Source: Fibrobacteria bacterium
Lineage (GTDB): Bacteria > Fibrobacterota > Fibrobacteria > UBA11236
DNA: 64,000 nt
Direction of reading: 5' to 3'
Assembly: GCA_043732185.1 (NCBI GenBank)
Contig: JAYTHY010000006.1
Coordinates: forward strand, 32,001 to 96,000
Shown here: positions 37,135-47,819 of the stretch, one piece after another
Layout of the letters: each line of letters opens with the position of its first letter
How positions within the stretch are numbered: the stretch's first letter is position 1
Position numbers and translations under genes: made by a program
The notes under the pieces: model-generated
What the model was told of the DNA's origin: nothing
Database searches by the model: none
The model's input: the letters and a program-made list of their open reading frames with translations, nothing else

Positions 37135-38268
37135 TCAATCCAGTTCCAAGAATTTATAGGACAGCAAGGAATCCGCAGTTGTTTCGGCGCGAAAATGCGT
37201 GGTGCCCAAAACCCGACCCGTTTCCGTTTCCACGCGCACGGACCATGCGCCCGGAGCCAAGTTGCGCTTAAATGTAAAGCCCCTGAATCCCTCTTTGCGA
37301 CCTCCACGAATGGGAAAGCCGATACGGGACACTTCCACCCAACCACCTGATTTTGGATCTTTGTAGAGCCAACGATGGTACAGGGTGCACGCTATGCCTT
37401 GCGGCAGGAAAACGGATGTGAAACAAAAAATCTTTTCACCAGGCAATTGACGCACTCGACTTTCCGATCGCCTCCAAAAAAAGAAAGGATTCGGTTTCTC
37501 AATTTTCGCGACATAGGAATATTCTTTCTTCTCCAAGCCGCGGCAGATTGCCATTTCTTTTTTTACAAGCGGTACGGGAGGAATGGCATTGCAGGTATAA
37601 AGAAGAATAAGCAATACAGCCATCACATATGTAGGCCATAAAGAACCTTCCGCTTTCGGAGACAACAGTTTCAGTGCCGAGACGAGCAACAGTCCTAACG
37701 CTGTGCTTAGAAAAAACCAGATCGGATGAAGGCTTCGAAACAAATGTGGTAAGGCAAAATTGAGAAAGAGAATGACGCAAATCCCGAAGAGAGTCCATGT
37801 CAAAGTAAAACGATGATAGTGGCTTTCCAGAAATTCATTAAGACCCAACAAGAGCACTAGGCCAATTACAAGTAGGAAGCCGGGCAAATAGCTGGAGCTG
37901 AGGAAATAGAAAACGACCAAGGCGCTGAACAGGCTCCCAAAGCAAAATTGCAGGGCGAACGCTGGGCCATCTGTTTGAACCCAATGGAGAACATCCTTAA
38001 GTTTTTGCCTAAAATCTCGGTTACCTAGCCCTGATATGTCTTGGTTTGTGACTAAAGGTTGGATAGGGTTTTTCTGGGTAGGATTCCGCCGTCCCATCAC
38101 AATCAAGAGGATGGCCGCTACCCCTAAATAGCCGAGCAGAATAAAAAGATCCAATGAGGTGATCGATCGCCCTAGCGTTATGGCATCCCACAGAAACCCC
38201 CCAAAAAAGGCGATCGCAGGAAATGCGGTTTTAAAGCGGGTGGTAATGGGCTGTAGTGGCAATGCCAT
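37135..38268 (-). CDS. DUF2914 domain membrane protein
   Basis: GGFLWDA.TLGR, IPPVPL, LYHRW, GGR..GFRGFT.K...PG.W.VRVET..GR. Confidence 0.8.
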   Translation of the reverse strand: MALPLQPITTRFKTAFPAIAFFGGFLWDAITLGRSITSLDLFILLGYLGVAAILLIVMGRRNPTQKNPIQPLVTNQDISGLGNRDFRQKLKDVLHWVQTDGPAFALQFCFGSLFSALVVFYFLSSSYLPGFLLVIGLVLLLGLNEFLESHYHRFTLTWTLFGICVILFLNFALPHLFRSLHPIWFFLSTALGLLLVSALKLLSPKAEGSLWPTYVMAVLLILLYTCNAIPPVPLVKKEMAICRGLEKKEYSYVAKIEKPNPFFFWRRSESRVRQLPGEKIFCFTSVFLPQGIACTLYHRWLYKDPKSGGWVEVSRIGFPIRGGRKEGFRGFTFKRNLAPGAWSVRVETETGRVLGTTHFRAETTADSLLSYKFLELD

Positions 38269-38398
38269 TTGCGTGCAACTTTCTGGTGGACACCAAAAAT
38301 TATAACTTTCCAAGCTGGAAATAAGCCGCAAAGCGAGGTGTCTATTTCGCTTTTAGCCCGCTGATTCAACGGACGTCCACCCCAATTTCTGGATTCTC

Positions 38399-39199
38399 AT
38401 GCCACTGAAGCCCTTTCACCAAATCGCCGGACTTCCTCCTAAACCGCAGTTTTTGCTTAAAGACCATGCTGGCCGCGAATATGGCGTCATTGAACATTAT
38501 GAAACCGACCGGGCCAAGGCCACCAACCACACTCTTCTGGAATTTTTCTCCTTTGATCCAAATAGCAGCACTGCCATTTTGAAAGATCGTCCAAAAATTT
38601 GGCTCGATGTCGACAAGTGGAAAGTGCTCGAAGGCCACGGCAAAAACCTGCCCGATTTGGATTTTGAAGCCGGACTCAATGCCTATCTGCAGACTTTCAC
38701 TGAAACAGAACGGGACTTGCGTCGGGAACGTGCCAGGCTGGCCCGCTTTTCAGACATCATTCGACTGGCGGAAGAGGATTTTACCATCGCCTATCAGGAA
38801 ATGTTTCCTGGCGAACTGGAACATGAGGATTTTCCCGCTGTAACCATCGGCGGAAAACATTTTATTGTCGATGACCAGTACGGCATTCGGCCGGGAGATT
38901 TCCGAAACCAAGTCACCTTGGTATTTGTCGCCGACCCAAAACGAAAGACCAAGGTCGAGCCAGACACATCCACTATGCAATCGGCACTGCTTTGCAATTG
39001 GATCTTTCGCGAAGGGTATGAAATCGTGCATACAGCCCTGGACGAAGGCCAATGTCATGAGGCCATCCGGGCCTTGGTGGAAAATCCGGAATTGGAAAAA
39101 ATTTATCGTGAACGACTGCTTAAAATGCGCAGGGAGGGCGTGTTGCTTGGGGTTAAAGCCAAGCCCTATACGGCACGGCAAGGAGAAGCACTTAGTTAA
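38399..39199 (+). CDS. Hypothetical soluble protein
   Basis: 266-aa ORF filling the gap between divergent and convergent genes; no motif recognised. Confidence 0.65.
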   Translation: MPLKPFHQIAGLPPKPQFLLKDHAGREYGVIEHYETDRAKATNHTLLEFFSFDPNSSTAILKDRPKIWLDVDKWKVLEGHGKNLPDLDFEAGLNAYLQTFTETERDLRRERARLARFSDIIRLAEEDFTIAYQEMFPGELEHEDFPAVTIGGKHFIVDDQYGIRPGDFRNQVTLVFVADPKRKTKVEPDTSTMQSALLCNWIFREGYEIVHTALDEGQCHEAIRALVENPELEKIYRERLLKMRREGVLLGVKAKPYTARQGEALS

Positions 39200-39204
39200 T
39201 TAGA

Positions 39205-40686
39205 CTATTGAAAAACGGGAATTTGCTCTTTGTAAAGGAGTTGGTTTCCCGCTGCAATGCTTACAACCAGGATACCCGGCACTATCTCGTTATTTTTTAA
39301 TTCGACGTTGATTGTTCTCGAACTTGGAAAGCTCCTCTCAAAAACACAGAAACCTTTGAGGGTGTGCATCGAAATATTCAATGTCCTCTGGAACTTGTCT
39401 TTCACTTGAATCGTAAAGCCTTGAGGATTTTTAAAGGTCGTAACGGAAATTTTGGAATATAGCACATTTTTTTGGCCCCTATTTTCCCTGACGTTCACCA
39501 TAGTGGAATCCGGGAAATCAAACCAAGCCAAAGCGGCACTGCGACCCGAAGACACATACAGGTGCTTTTCATCAGGACTGAGTAGAATATATTCCACCCC
39601 TGTAATTCCTTCGACACCGTCATAGCCGTTTCGGGAATATCCGCCCAAGGTAAGATCTCCGTTTTCGGGATTTCTGTGAAACCAACTTAGGCAGTGGGCT
39701 TGGTAAGAGCCTACAAAAACGAATTTGCCATTCTGGGAAATGGCCACGGCACTGGCTCCCATAAGGGGATCGATATCTCCAGGGGGAAAGCGGAATAGAT
39801 TTTTAAAAGTAAGCGCACCGGTGGTCGGCGACCTAGAAAACCAGGCAATGGCTTGGTCCGAATATCCGGCTACATACAAATAGGAATTGTCAGCCGAAAG
39901 TTTGATGTCCTGCACGCCATCCAAACCGTCCACGCCTGCCTGATTATCTGTGACACTGCTTGCAAAGGTTAAACCTCCGGTCTGAGCGTTCCGCCGAAAA
40001 CACAGAATGCTATTGCCCACGTGATTGCCGACATACACAAACTGCCCATCCTTGCTCACCGTTATTGGCCTTGGATCTTTCAGCCCAGGAAGGCTATCCT
40101 TTGCACTTTCTATATTTCCAGCATAGGTCAAACTTCCATTTCCAACATTTCTGGTGAACCAAAAAACGGCATTGCCTTCGGAAGCCGTTGCGTATACCTG
40201 TCCCCCATCCGCGCTTATGACAAGGTTTCTGACAGCGCTTAGAGCCGGCAAAGAGTCTTTAATCCTGCCAATTGATCCGGAAAACTTTAAACTGTCCGTT
40301 AAGGCATCTCGGTTAAACCAGAGAACGTTGTGAGAGATGAAACCACCAGCATAAATGGTTTCACCATCCGGTGACAGCGCAACGGATTTGGGCTCTCCCA
40401 AAAAATCTCCAGAGAAATCACCGCTTCGAATGAGACCCTCAAAACTTAAATTGCCTGTTTTGGAATCACGGCTAAACCAGGAAATTGCGGAACCGTCGGA
40501 AGCAGATGCATAAAGGGTTTTACCGTTTGGAGTAAAAACAATTCCATGCGCGCCCCTTAAACCGTTAGTGCCTGCATTTACAGTGGAGATAAAACCTTTG
40601 AAGTTGAGCGGTCCAGCGTAGATTTTTTGAAAATAGCCCAAAACAAGCGGGAAAAGAATCAAACCTATGTGGAAATTTTTTCTCAT
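39205..40686 (-). CDS. Secreted lactonase-family 7-bladed beta-propeller with T9SS-like CTD
   Basis: Repeats of SPDG..LYV...AI.WF.R...G.LT; signal peptide; C-terminal TLKG...PGILVVSI. Confidence 0.8.
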   Translation of the reverse strand: MRKNFHIGLILFPLVLGYFQKIYAGPLNFKGFISTVNAGTNGLRGAHGIVFTPNGKTLYASASDGSAISWFSRDSKTGNLSFEGLIRSGDFSGDFLGEPKSVALSPDGETIYAGGFISHNVLWFNRDALTDSLKFSGSIGRIKDSLPALSAVRNLVISADGGQVYATASEGNAVFWFTRNVGNGSLTYAGNIESAKDSLPGLKDPRPITVSKDGQFVYVGNHVGNSILCFRRNAQTGGLTFASSVTDNQAGVDGLDGVQDIKLSADNSYLYVAGYSDQAIAWFSRSPTTGALTFKNLFRFPPGDIDPLMGASAVAISQNGKFVFVGSYQAHCLSWFHRNPENGDLTLGGYSRNGYDGVEGITGVEYILLSPDEKHLYVSSGRSAALAWFDFPDSTMVNVRENRGQKNVLYSKISVTTFKNPQGFTIQVKDKFQRTLNISMHTLKGFCVFERSFPSSRTINVELKNNEIVPGILVVSIAAGNQLLYKEQIPVFQ

Positions 40687-40823
40687 ATTCACGATACATC
40701 TTTGATACGTACTTGATCCAAAGGTAAATAGATTTCCCAAACCTTACCCAAGTTGGGAGTTGACATTGGAAAAAGGCGATACAATTAGGTAACTGCTTCC
40801 AATTATTCCTAAATTACCCAAGT

Positions 40824-42443
40824 ATGCCGGAATACAAATACCTCGATCCTTTTCCACTTGGTTCGGACGTTACGCCATACCGACTCATCACGCGCGAACA
40901 CTTTACTTTAGAACATTTCAATGATAAAGAGGTGCTTCGCGTCGACCCGGAAGCTTTGACAATTCTCGCCCAGGCGGCTTTGGCAGATGTCAATTTCCTT
41001 CTGCGACCAGCACATTTATCCAAACTTCGTGCCATTCTCGACGATCCGGAAGCGTCTGAAAACGATTGCTTTGTCGCCGAAACCCTGCTCAAGAATGCGG
41101 TCATCGCAGCGCGAGGCGAGCTCCCTTCCTGCCAAGACACGGGGACAGCCATTGTAATAGCGGAAAAGGGTGAGTCTGTTTGGACGGGCAGTCATGATGA
41201 AGCGGCACTGGAAGCGGGAATTTTTCGAACCTATCAAGACAAGAATTTGCGTTACTCGCAAATGGCTGCGCTGTCCATGTTCGAAGAAAAAAATACCGGC
41301 AGTAATCTGCCTGCGCAAATTGATATTCACGCCGCTCCCGGTTCGGAATACCATTTTCTTTTCTTGGCCAAGGGGGGCGGTTCCGCCAACAAAACCTATC
41401 TCTTTCAAGAAACCAAATCCCTGTTGAATGAGAAGTCCCTGGAAAAATTTCTTCGCGAGAAATTATTCTCGCTCGGTACAGCTGCGTGTCCGCCGTATCA
41501 CCTGGCAGTAGTCATCGGCGGCACCTCCGGGGAAGCCACGCTTAAAGCTGTAAAGCTGGCTTCAGCGGGTTATTATGATTCTCTGCCTATGAAAGCAACG
41601 GGATCCGGGCAGGCCTTTCGCGATACGGAATGGGAAGAGCGTATTTTACAAATGGCCCAGGAAAGCCGCATTGGAGCCCAGTTTGGCGGAAAGTATTTTG
41701 TGCATGATGTGCGCGTATTGCGTTTGCCCCGGCATGCTGCTTCCTGTCCTGTGGGTATTGGGGTCAGCTGCAGTGCGGATCGCAATATCAAGGGCAAGAT
41801 CACGCGCGATGGAATCTTCGTCGAACAATTGGAAACGGATCCGGGACGTTTTCTAGCGACTTACAAATCCGTAGCATCACAGCCACCCATCGCCATCGAT
41901 CTCAATCAGCCTATGCCGGAGATTCTCGCAAGTTTATCCAAACATCCCATCAAAACCAGACTCAGCTTAAGTGGTCCCCTTATTGTAGCTAGGGATGTGG
42001 CGCATGCCAAAATCAACCAGCTGTTGGCTTCGGGAGGAACCATGCCGCAATATTTTAAAGACCATCCCGTCTATTATGCCGGTCCCGCTAAAACCCCGGA
42101 AGGCATGGCCTCCGGCAGCTTCGGCCCCACTACGGCTGGCCGCATGGACGGCTATGTTGATGCATTCATGGCACAGGGTGGATCGATGGTGATGCTCGCC
42201 AAGGGAAACCGTTCCCCGGTTGTGCGAGAAGCCTGTGCCAAGCACAAAGGATTCTATTTAGGATCAATTGGTGGGCCCGCCGCCATTCTGGCCAAGGAAA
42301 ACATTCTCAAAGTCGAGGTTTTAGATTTCCCGGAACTGGGCATGGAGGCAGTGCGGCGAATATGGGTTAAGGACTTTCCAGCTTTTATCGTTGTCGATGA
42401 CAAGGGCAATGACTTTTTCAAAGGCATGGGGAGCAAGGAATAA
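40824..42443 (+). CDS. fumA: Class I Fe-S fumarate hydratase (FumA/FumB)
   Basis: [40 protein letters not shown]. Confidence 0.95.
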   Translation: MPEYKYLDPFPLGSDVTPYRLITREHFTLEHFNDKEVLRVDPEALTILAQAALADVNFLLRPAHLSKLRAILDDPEASENDCFVAETLLKNAVIAARGELPSCQDTGTAIVIAEKGESVWTGSHDEAALEAGIFRTYQDKNLRYSQMAALSMFEEKNTGSNLPAQIDIHAAPGSEYHFLFLAKGGGSANKTYLFQETKSLLNEKSLEKFLREKLFSLGTAACPPYHLAVVIGGTSGEATLKAVKLASAGYYDSLPMKATGSGQAFRDTEWEERILQMAQESRIGAQFGGKYFVHDVRVLRLPRHAASCPVGIGVSCSADRNIKGKITRDGIFVEQLETDPGRFLATYKSVASQPPIAIDLNQPMPEILASLSKHPIKTRLSLSGPLIVARDVAHAKINQLLASGGTMPQYFKDHPVYYAGPAKTPEGMASGSFGPTTAGRMDGYVDAFMAQGGSMVMLAKGNRSPVVREACAKHKGFYLGSIGGPAAILAKENILKVEVLDFPELGMEAVRRIWVKDFPAFIVVDDKGNDFFKGMGSKE

Positions 42444-42445
42444 TT

Positions 42446-43432
42446 TTGAAATCCCAACCAACGGCACCACTAAAGATTTGTTTCGTCCTATCCTCCATTG
42501 GTGGTCCGCGCATGCTCAACCCACTGTTTTCCGGCACTTTAAAACAGGACGTGGCTTATATCGTTATACAACGCTTGGCCGGGCCGGGCCTGCTCGATGT
42601 TTTAGTGGAGTGTCTACGCGAAGAGCTAAACGTTAGAACCATGGTGGCGGGTCATTCCCTGCACCTGCAAGGCGGCATCCTTCACTTTCTTCCCAATGAG
42701 CGTCATTATGCATTCAAGGGGGACAAGCTTGTAGCCGTTGAACTACCTGCCAAGACTGAGCTTAGCCTGGATCATCTGTTTAAGTCCGTGCTGGACTTTC
42801 CCAATGCCTGCGCGGTAGTGGTACTTTCCGGCATGCTTACAGATGAAGACGGCTTAGCCGGACTCGCCGAGCTTAAAAAGAGAGGCGTGCACATCCTCGG
42901 CGCATTGGAAAATCAAACGCCCGTTTTCGATATGATCGAACAGCTGCGCACCTTAGGACTTATGGGAGAACTCCTTCCGACCAAGCACTTACTCGAACAC
43001 TTGCGTTTTGGACCTGGGGATACAATTGGTTCTCTAAGGAGAGACGGATCTTCAGAAGCCGCAAAAGTTCTGGTCGCCGACGACGAGGAAAAAGTTAGGA
43101 CAGTAATAGTTGAAATGCTGCTGTCGCAGGGGTTTGTCGTGGACTTTGCCGTAGATGGGCTCGACGCTTTACGTAAATTACAAAAACAACATTTCGACAT
43201 ACTTATCCTAGACTTGCACATGCCGGAAATGGATGGGCTCAAGACTTTAGAAGCCCTGAAAAACATTGATCCAAAACTTCCCATTGTAATCATGACGGGC
43301 AGCAACGATACAGCCAAGGTCCAGGCAGCCAAAGAATTCAATGTTTTGGGAGTGCTGCAGAAGCCTTTCGGGTGGGAAAAGCTGAAAAAAATTCTGCCGC
43401 AGCCTAGCAGGCGTGCGGCAGAATTGAAATAA
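42446..43432 (+). CDS. CheB-methylesterase-like domain fused to a C-terminal receiver domain
   Basis: SSIGG, SLDHLFKS, VVLSGM..DG..GL..LK..G; REC motifs ADDE, LDLHMP, MTG, KPF. Confidence 0.75.
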   Translation: MKSQPTAPLKICFVLSSIGGPRMLNPLFSGTLKQDVAYIVIQRLAGPGLLDVLVECLREELNVRTMVAGHSLHLQGGILHFLPNERHYAFKGDKLVAVELPAKTELSLDHLFKSVLDFPNACAVVVLSGMLTDEDGLAGLAELKKRGVHILGALENQTPVFDMIEQLRTLGLMGELLPTKHLLEHLRFGPGDTIGSLRRDGSSEAAKVLVADDEEKVRTVIVEMLLSQGFVVDFAVDGLDALRKLQKQHFDILILDLHMPEMDGLKTLEALKNIDPKLPIVIMTGSNDTAKVQAAKEFNVLGVLQKPFGWEKLKKILPQPSRRAAELK

Positions 43433-43483
43433 TTACAACTCAGTCTAACTCAGTCGGCGGCAAAGCCGACCGCGAGCGCTTGC

Positions 43484-43864
43484 TTAGCCCGCAAAAGTGA
43501 AGGCGCGACTTTTCCGTTTTTGCATGCGGATAAAATTCGCTCGCCGGAAATCATTCCGATGTTCGAGGCAATAGCGCGGATAGACAAACTGCTTTGGGAA
43601 TACCTTGACCATGTATTTGCTATCGCAGCCAATCAAGCAGCAGCAAAACTCCAAATCAAGGACTTCGGTATAATTGTGCTTGAACACCATGTTTTTGACG
43701 TCCACGCTTTCGAATTCCTTCTTATGCTTGGCCCGCTGTTTGATGTCCCGGTGCAATTCGCAATACTTGGCAATCGGGTGGCCCCAAAACTCGCGGCCAC
43801 AACCTGGCTCTTGACAAACCTTAAGCTTGATACGTTTTTTCTTCTTATACTTAGGCAGTTGCAT
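43484..43864 (-). CDS. Small basic Cys-rich protein with two CxxxGC...YCxxH modules
   Basis: CQEPGC...YCELH and CCLIGC...YCLEH; AAGGA RBS and a clear promoter. Confidence 0.75.
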   Translation of the reverse strand: MQLPKYKKKKRIKLKVCQEPGCGREFWGHPIAKYCELHRDIKQRAKHKKEFESVDVKNMVFKHNYTEVLDLEFCCCLIGCDSKYMVKVFPKQFVYPRYCLEHRNDFRRANFIRMQKRKSRAFTFAG

Positions 43865-43916
43865 TTAGCCGGTTCCTTAGGGTAAAAAAAGGGCATACGG
43901 TCCCCTTATTCAGGGA

Positions 43917-43944
43917 AAGATAACAAAATCAGCAGACTTGTCAA
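43917..43944 (-). promoter_or_regulatory. sigma70 promoter for the Cys-rich gene
   Basis: TTGACA-16 bp-TATCTT, with TGn extension. Confidence 0.65.
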
Positions 43945-44129
43945 CCAGTAAAGTCAGTTTTTAACCTTATTTGACTTTTTATAGGCGAAATCTCGCTGAA
44001 AAAGGCATATTTATTTTTTAAATTTTTCCAGCTAAAACCTAGAGTGGGGCATCGGTTATGCGTTTTGGAATTTTCCTACCCACAAGGATTTCAAGCTGTA
44101 TTTCTGATCCAGGGCTATAATTAGGATCC

Positions 44130-45707
44130 ATGCCAATAATCAAATCGAGCCTCCGGCGCTTTCCAAAAAAAGCGCCTGGAATAGGGGTTATTGCCATACT
44201 GCTGCTCTCGGGCTGTTTATTAAGCTCCAAACTGCCGGCACCGGCTGAAAACACGGGAACCATACTTACAGTCGATACACTTTACCCTCAATCCGCCACA
44301 CCGGATCGAAAAGTAGATCTCTTTCAACCACTGCTCGACGCGGCGCTTGCCCCAGGAAAATATACGGCGCCTGAAATCTTTCCCCCCGTAAATGTCAAAG
44401 AGAAATATTCAGGCCAGATAGTTCGCTACACCCTGACTCAACAACATTTTGGCACTTGGACTCCGGACTTGGAATTCAAATGGAATTTGTTTTTACTTCA
44501 GGTCAATTTTCTTTTCCCAACAGGATTGCCGGATACTACAGGCATGGCAGGCAAAACCAAGACGCTCTATGACTCGATTTCTAAAGTCGATGCGTTCACC
44601 CGTTACTTCGATAGCGCCGCAGCGCCCAGTATCCTGAATAGGATTACCACATCTATTAAGCCAGGAGCCATCGGCATCGCGTTAAAACTTTCGGCAGGCC
44701 AGGATACACTCGAAATTCAACAGGTTGTAACTGGCTCACCGGCCCAAAATGCAGGCCTTGTTATTGGAATGAAGATTTTAGCGGTGAACGACTCTTCAGT
44801 AGTCGGCGACTCCGCCATGGTGAGGTTTCAGCGCTTCAGTGTTGGAGATTCCGGCCAACCGGTGACTTTAACAGTTCTCGGTGGGCAAGGTATTCTTAAA
44901 GCAGCTATGATACGCGCGCCCGTCGCCTTTCCTACCGTACTGGCAGACTCGCTGGCGGAAAATGTCGGATACATCTCCATCAGTAGCTTTACGCCCAACA
45001 CGGTGGGATCCAAATCCACCTACACAGAGTTCCGAGATGCACTCACTGCGACCAAGAAATTTCCCATGACGATATTGGACTTCCGGGACAATGGGGGTGG
45101 TTCCGTGGATATCGCGCTAAACATGTGCGACGAAATTTTGACTGCGGAAACGGTGATTATCCGCGAAGTGCAACGGCGTTACCTTGACGCCACCCGCGCA
45201 TCATTAAATGCAGAGGCTACCTCCCTGGCCACCTCTGGTGGCATCGGAGAATTTGCTGTAGGTGGAGGAAAGCGCAAGTACCTACTGCTGGGCAACAGTC
45301 ATAGCGCCAGTGCTGCAGAAATTATGATTATTGCCCTCAAAGAAGGCGCCGCAGCTCCACTCATGGGAACCAAAACCTTTGGTAAGGGTGTTGGACAAAC
45401 AGTAAGGAACACCCCTGGACATGGATTGGCGTTGGTCACCTTTTTAAAGTTCACCGGTGCTTCTGGTTTGGATTATCACAAAAAAGGCATTGAACCCGAC
45501 TATTTGGACTCCGCCTCCGGCGACAGCCTTCTGGTACACGCTACCATGGTAGCCCAAACGCTGCTGGGTAAACCTGCGAAAAAGCTTTCGGCCCTTGGCG
45601 TCAGCGTAGGCGACGCTGATGTTGTTAAACGGGCAGCATTCATCGAATGGAACCGCAACCAAACTATTCGGCCGGCAAAGAGGGATTTCGACATTCCCTT
45701 TCCGTGA
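44130..45707 (+). CDS. S41 C-terminal processing peptidase with PDZ domain, probable lipoprotein
   Basis: LLSGC lipobox, GIG/GSPA PDZ, DFRDNGGG, SASAAE, TFGKG. Confidence 0.88.
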   Translation: MPIIKSSLRRFPKKAPGIGVIAILLLSGCLLSSKLPAPAENTGTILTVDTLYPQSATPDRKVDLFQPLLDAALAPGKYTAPEIFPPVNVKEKYSGQIVRYTLTQQHFGTWTPDLEFKWNLFLLQVNFLFPTGLPDTTGMAGKTKTLYDSISKVDAFTRYFDSAAAPSILNRITTSIKPGAIGIALKLSAGQDTLEIQQVVTGSPAQNAGLVIGMKILAVNDSSVVGDSAMVRFQRFSVGDSGQPVTLTVLGGQGILKAAMIRAPVAFPTVLADSLAENVGYISISSFTPNTVGSKSTYTEFRDALTATKKFPMTILDFRDNGGGSVDIALNMCDEILTAETVIIREVQRRYLDATRASLNAEATSLATSGGIGEFAVGGGKRKYLLLGNSHSASAAEIMIIALKEGAAAPLMGTKTFGKGVGQTVRNTPGHGLALVTFLKFTGASGLDYHKKGIEPDYLDSASGDSLLVHATMVAQTLLGKPAKKLSALGVSVGDADVVKRAAFIEWNRNQTIRPAKRDFDIPFP

Positions 45708-45828
45708 CCGTGTCCTCAGCGAAACGATTTCAACTCCAGCTTATTTTAGAACACCAGACATTTCCCCTGATACCTCCATAAACCCAAATAACTAAATTTG
45801 TATTACTTTATTGGAAGGAGGAAATACT

Positions 45829-46614
45829 ATGTCAAAAAATAATGGAATCCAAGCCCACCCGCTTTTCAAACTGGGTAAAGCCCAAGCCAAACGTGACAGT
45901 CGGAATTTTATGTTCGCCAACTTAGTTAAGGCGCCACTCGTGGTTCCGGCCGAATATGATTTTGATCTCAAGCATACCGGTATTCCCACGCCCATGTTTG
46001 CCAATGATACGTATGGTTGCTGCGTTATTTCCGGTCGCGCCCATCAAACTTTACGGTTTGAATTGATAGAGCAAAAGGCCAAAATCCAAATCACGGATAA
46101 GGAAGTAATTGCCGAATACTTGAAGGAAACCGGAGGTGTAGATTCCGGTTTGGTGGTTCTGGACTCCCTTAAACTGTGGCGTAAAAGTGGGTGGAAAGCC
46201 GCGAAGAAAGTTTACCGCATTCAAGCTTTCACTGAAATTCCTACCAAGGATCATGCGTCTGTTAAACAAGCAATATATATGGATTTGGGAGTGGGTCTGG
46301 GTCTAAGCTTGCCAGTTTCCGCTCAAGCACAATTGCAGGCGGGCAAACCGTGGTCGCCGATTTCAGGTGCTGGCTCAGCCGCAAATTCATGGGGCGGACA
46401 TTATGTATATGTGTGCGGATATACATTAACAGGTCCGGTTTGCATAACCTGGGGTCGTAAGCAACAAATGACATGGGCTTTCATCGACAAGTATTGTGAT
46501 GAAATTTACGCCCTAATCGATGGAGTAAATACGGCCAAAAAGAAAAAAGGACTGAACTCGACTAAAATTGAAAAAGCTATAGCGGGTCTCAAAGGTTCTT
46601 CACGCAACCCCTGA
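45829..46614 (+). CDS. Hypothetical protein with a putative papain-like Cys/His protease core
   Basis: AGGAGG RBS; ND..GCC, WGGHYV.V.GY, ITWG. Confidence 0.6.
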   Translation: MSKNNGIQAHPLFKLGKAQAKRDSRNFMFANLVKAPLVVPAEYDFDLKHTGIPTPMFANDTYGCCVISGRAHQTLRFELIEQKAKIQITDKEVIAEYLKETGGVDSGLVVLDSLKLWRKSGWKAAKKVYRIQAFTEIPTKDHASVKQAIYMDLGVGLGLSLPVSAQAQLQAGKPWSPISGAGSAANSWGGHYVYVCGYTLTGPVCITWGRKQQMTWAFIDKYCDEIYALIDGVNTAKKKKGLNSTKIEKAIAGLKGSSRNP

Positions 46615-46658
46615 GGTGATTCGCGCACCTACTAAAGGTCCGTTCATTCAAAATTGAA

Positions 46659-47819
46659 TTAAATCGGCGGACCTAACTTCTCTTCCAATATGGAAAGAAA
46701 GACTCGAATGCCGATAGCCAATGCCTCATCGTTAAAATCGAAACGTGGGTTGTGCAAAGGTCCATGGGTGAGCCCAAGCCCTAGCCATAAATACACGCCC
46801 GGAACTTTTTCCAGAAAAAACGGAAAATCTTCTCCGGCCATGCTGGGCTTTGGTTCCAGGCATGCTGCTTCTCCGACTACCTTGGTCACGGCACGTCGTG
46901 CCAAAGCAGAAAGATCTAAGTCGTTTATAGTTGCCGGACATCCTTCGACCCACGCCAAGGTGGACCCAAGTCCAAGACCCTGGCACAGATTCCGCGTAAG
47001 GCTTTCCAGTGCCAACTTGAGTTTGGTGCGCAGCGATTCGTTATGCGTTCGTAACGTGCCTCGCAAAAGGCAGTCTTCGGGAATGACATTGTAAGTTCGA
47101 CCGCCCTCCACATGGCCAAAGGTCAAGACCGAGGATTCCATCGGATCCGTGTTTCTGCTAACCAAGGACTGGGCGGCCAGGATAAGTTGTGCGGCGCCGA
47201 AGATAGGGTCTAAGGTTTGATGCGGCTGAGCTCCGTGTCCACCACGACCCAGAACTTTAATTTCAAAATTGTCCACGGAGGCCATAACGGCACCCTTGTG
47301 AACACCTACGACACCCAAAGCGAGATCCGGCCACCCATGCAATCCAAAAATGGCTTCCACTTTTGGCGCCTCAAGGACACCATCCTGCACCATTAACCGC
47401 GCTCCATTGCCACTTTCTTCCGCCGGTTGGAAAATGAGCTTTATATCGGTAGCATAGGACTTGCGCGACCGCCCGAGATGCTTTGCCAACCCTAGTAAAA
47501 TACTGGCATGCCCATCATGGCCGCAAGCATGCATCACTTCATTGGCATGAGAAGACCAGGGTAACTCAGAAGTTTCCTTTAACGGCAGTGAATCCATGTC
47601 CGCCCGTAAGGCCACACTACGGGTTCTATCTCGGCCCGGCCAAAGGCCAACTACGCCGGTGGAATCGGGAAAAGTCACCACTTCGAGTCCAGCTGCTTTG
47701 AGTTCGATGGCGATGAGATCGCGAGTCTTGAATTCTACACCACTTAGTTCCGGTTCCTGATGCATTCGGTGGCGGAGCGCGATGCTTTCCGCAATAATAT
47801 CCTTTGCGAGTGGTTCCAT
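46659..47819 (-). CDS. M20D amidohydrolase
   Basis: H..PELS, LRADMDSLP, MHACGHDGH, FQPAEE, GEDF, LHNP.F. Confidence 0.93.
   Translation of the reverse strand: MEPLAKDIIAESIALRHRMHQEPELSGVEFKTRDLIAIELKAAGLEVVTFPDSTGVVGLWPGRDRTRSVALRADMDSLPLKETSELPWSSHANEVMHACGHDGHASILLGLAKHLGRSRKSYATDIKLIFQPAEESGNGARLMVQDGVLEAPKVEAIFGLHGWPDLALGVVGVHKGAVMASVDNFEIKVLGRGGHGAQPHQTLDPIFGAAQLILAAQSLVSRNTDPMESSVLTFGHVEGGRTYNVIPEDCLLRGTLRTHNESLRTKLKLALESLTRNLCQGLGLGSTLAWVEGCPATINDLDLSALARRAVTKVVGEAACLEPKPSMAGEDFPFFLEKVPGVYLWLGLGLTHGPLHNPRFDFNDEALAIGIRVFLSILEEKLGPPI

Noticed and set aside
39450..40600. Repeated ~50-aa units as a novel repeat protein
   Set aside because: They are explained as ordinary blades of a lactonase-type beta-propeller.
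43884..43910. AAGGG..CCCUU + U7 in the leader of the Cys-rich gene, as a possible attenuator or riboswitch
   Set aside because: The stem is only ~5 bp, the leader is under 50 nt, and no aptamer motif is recognisable.
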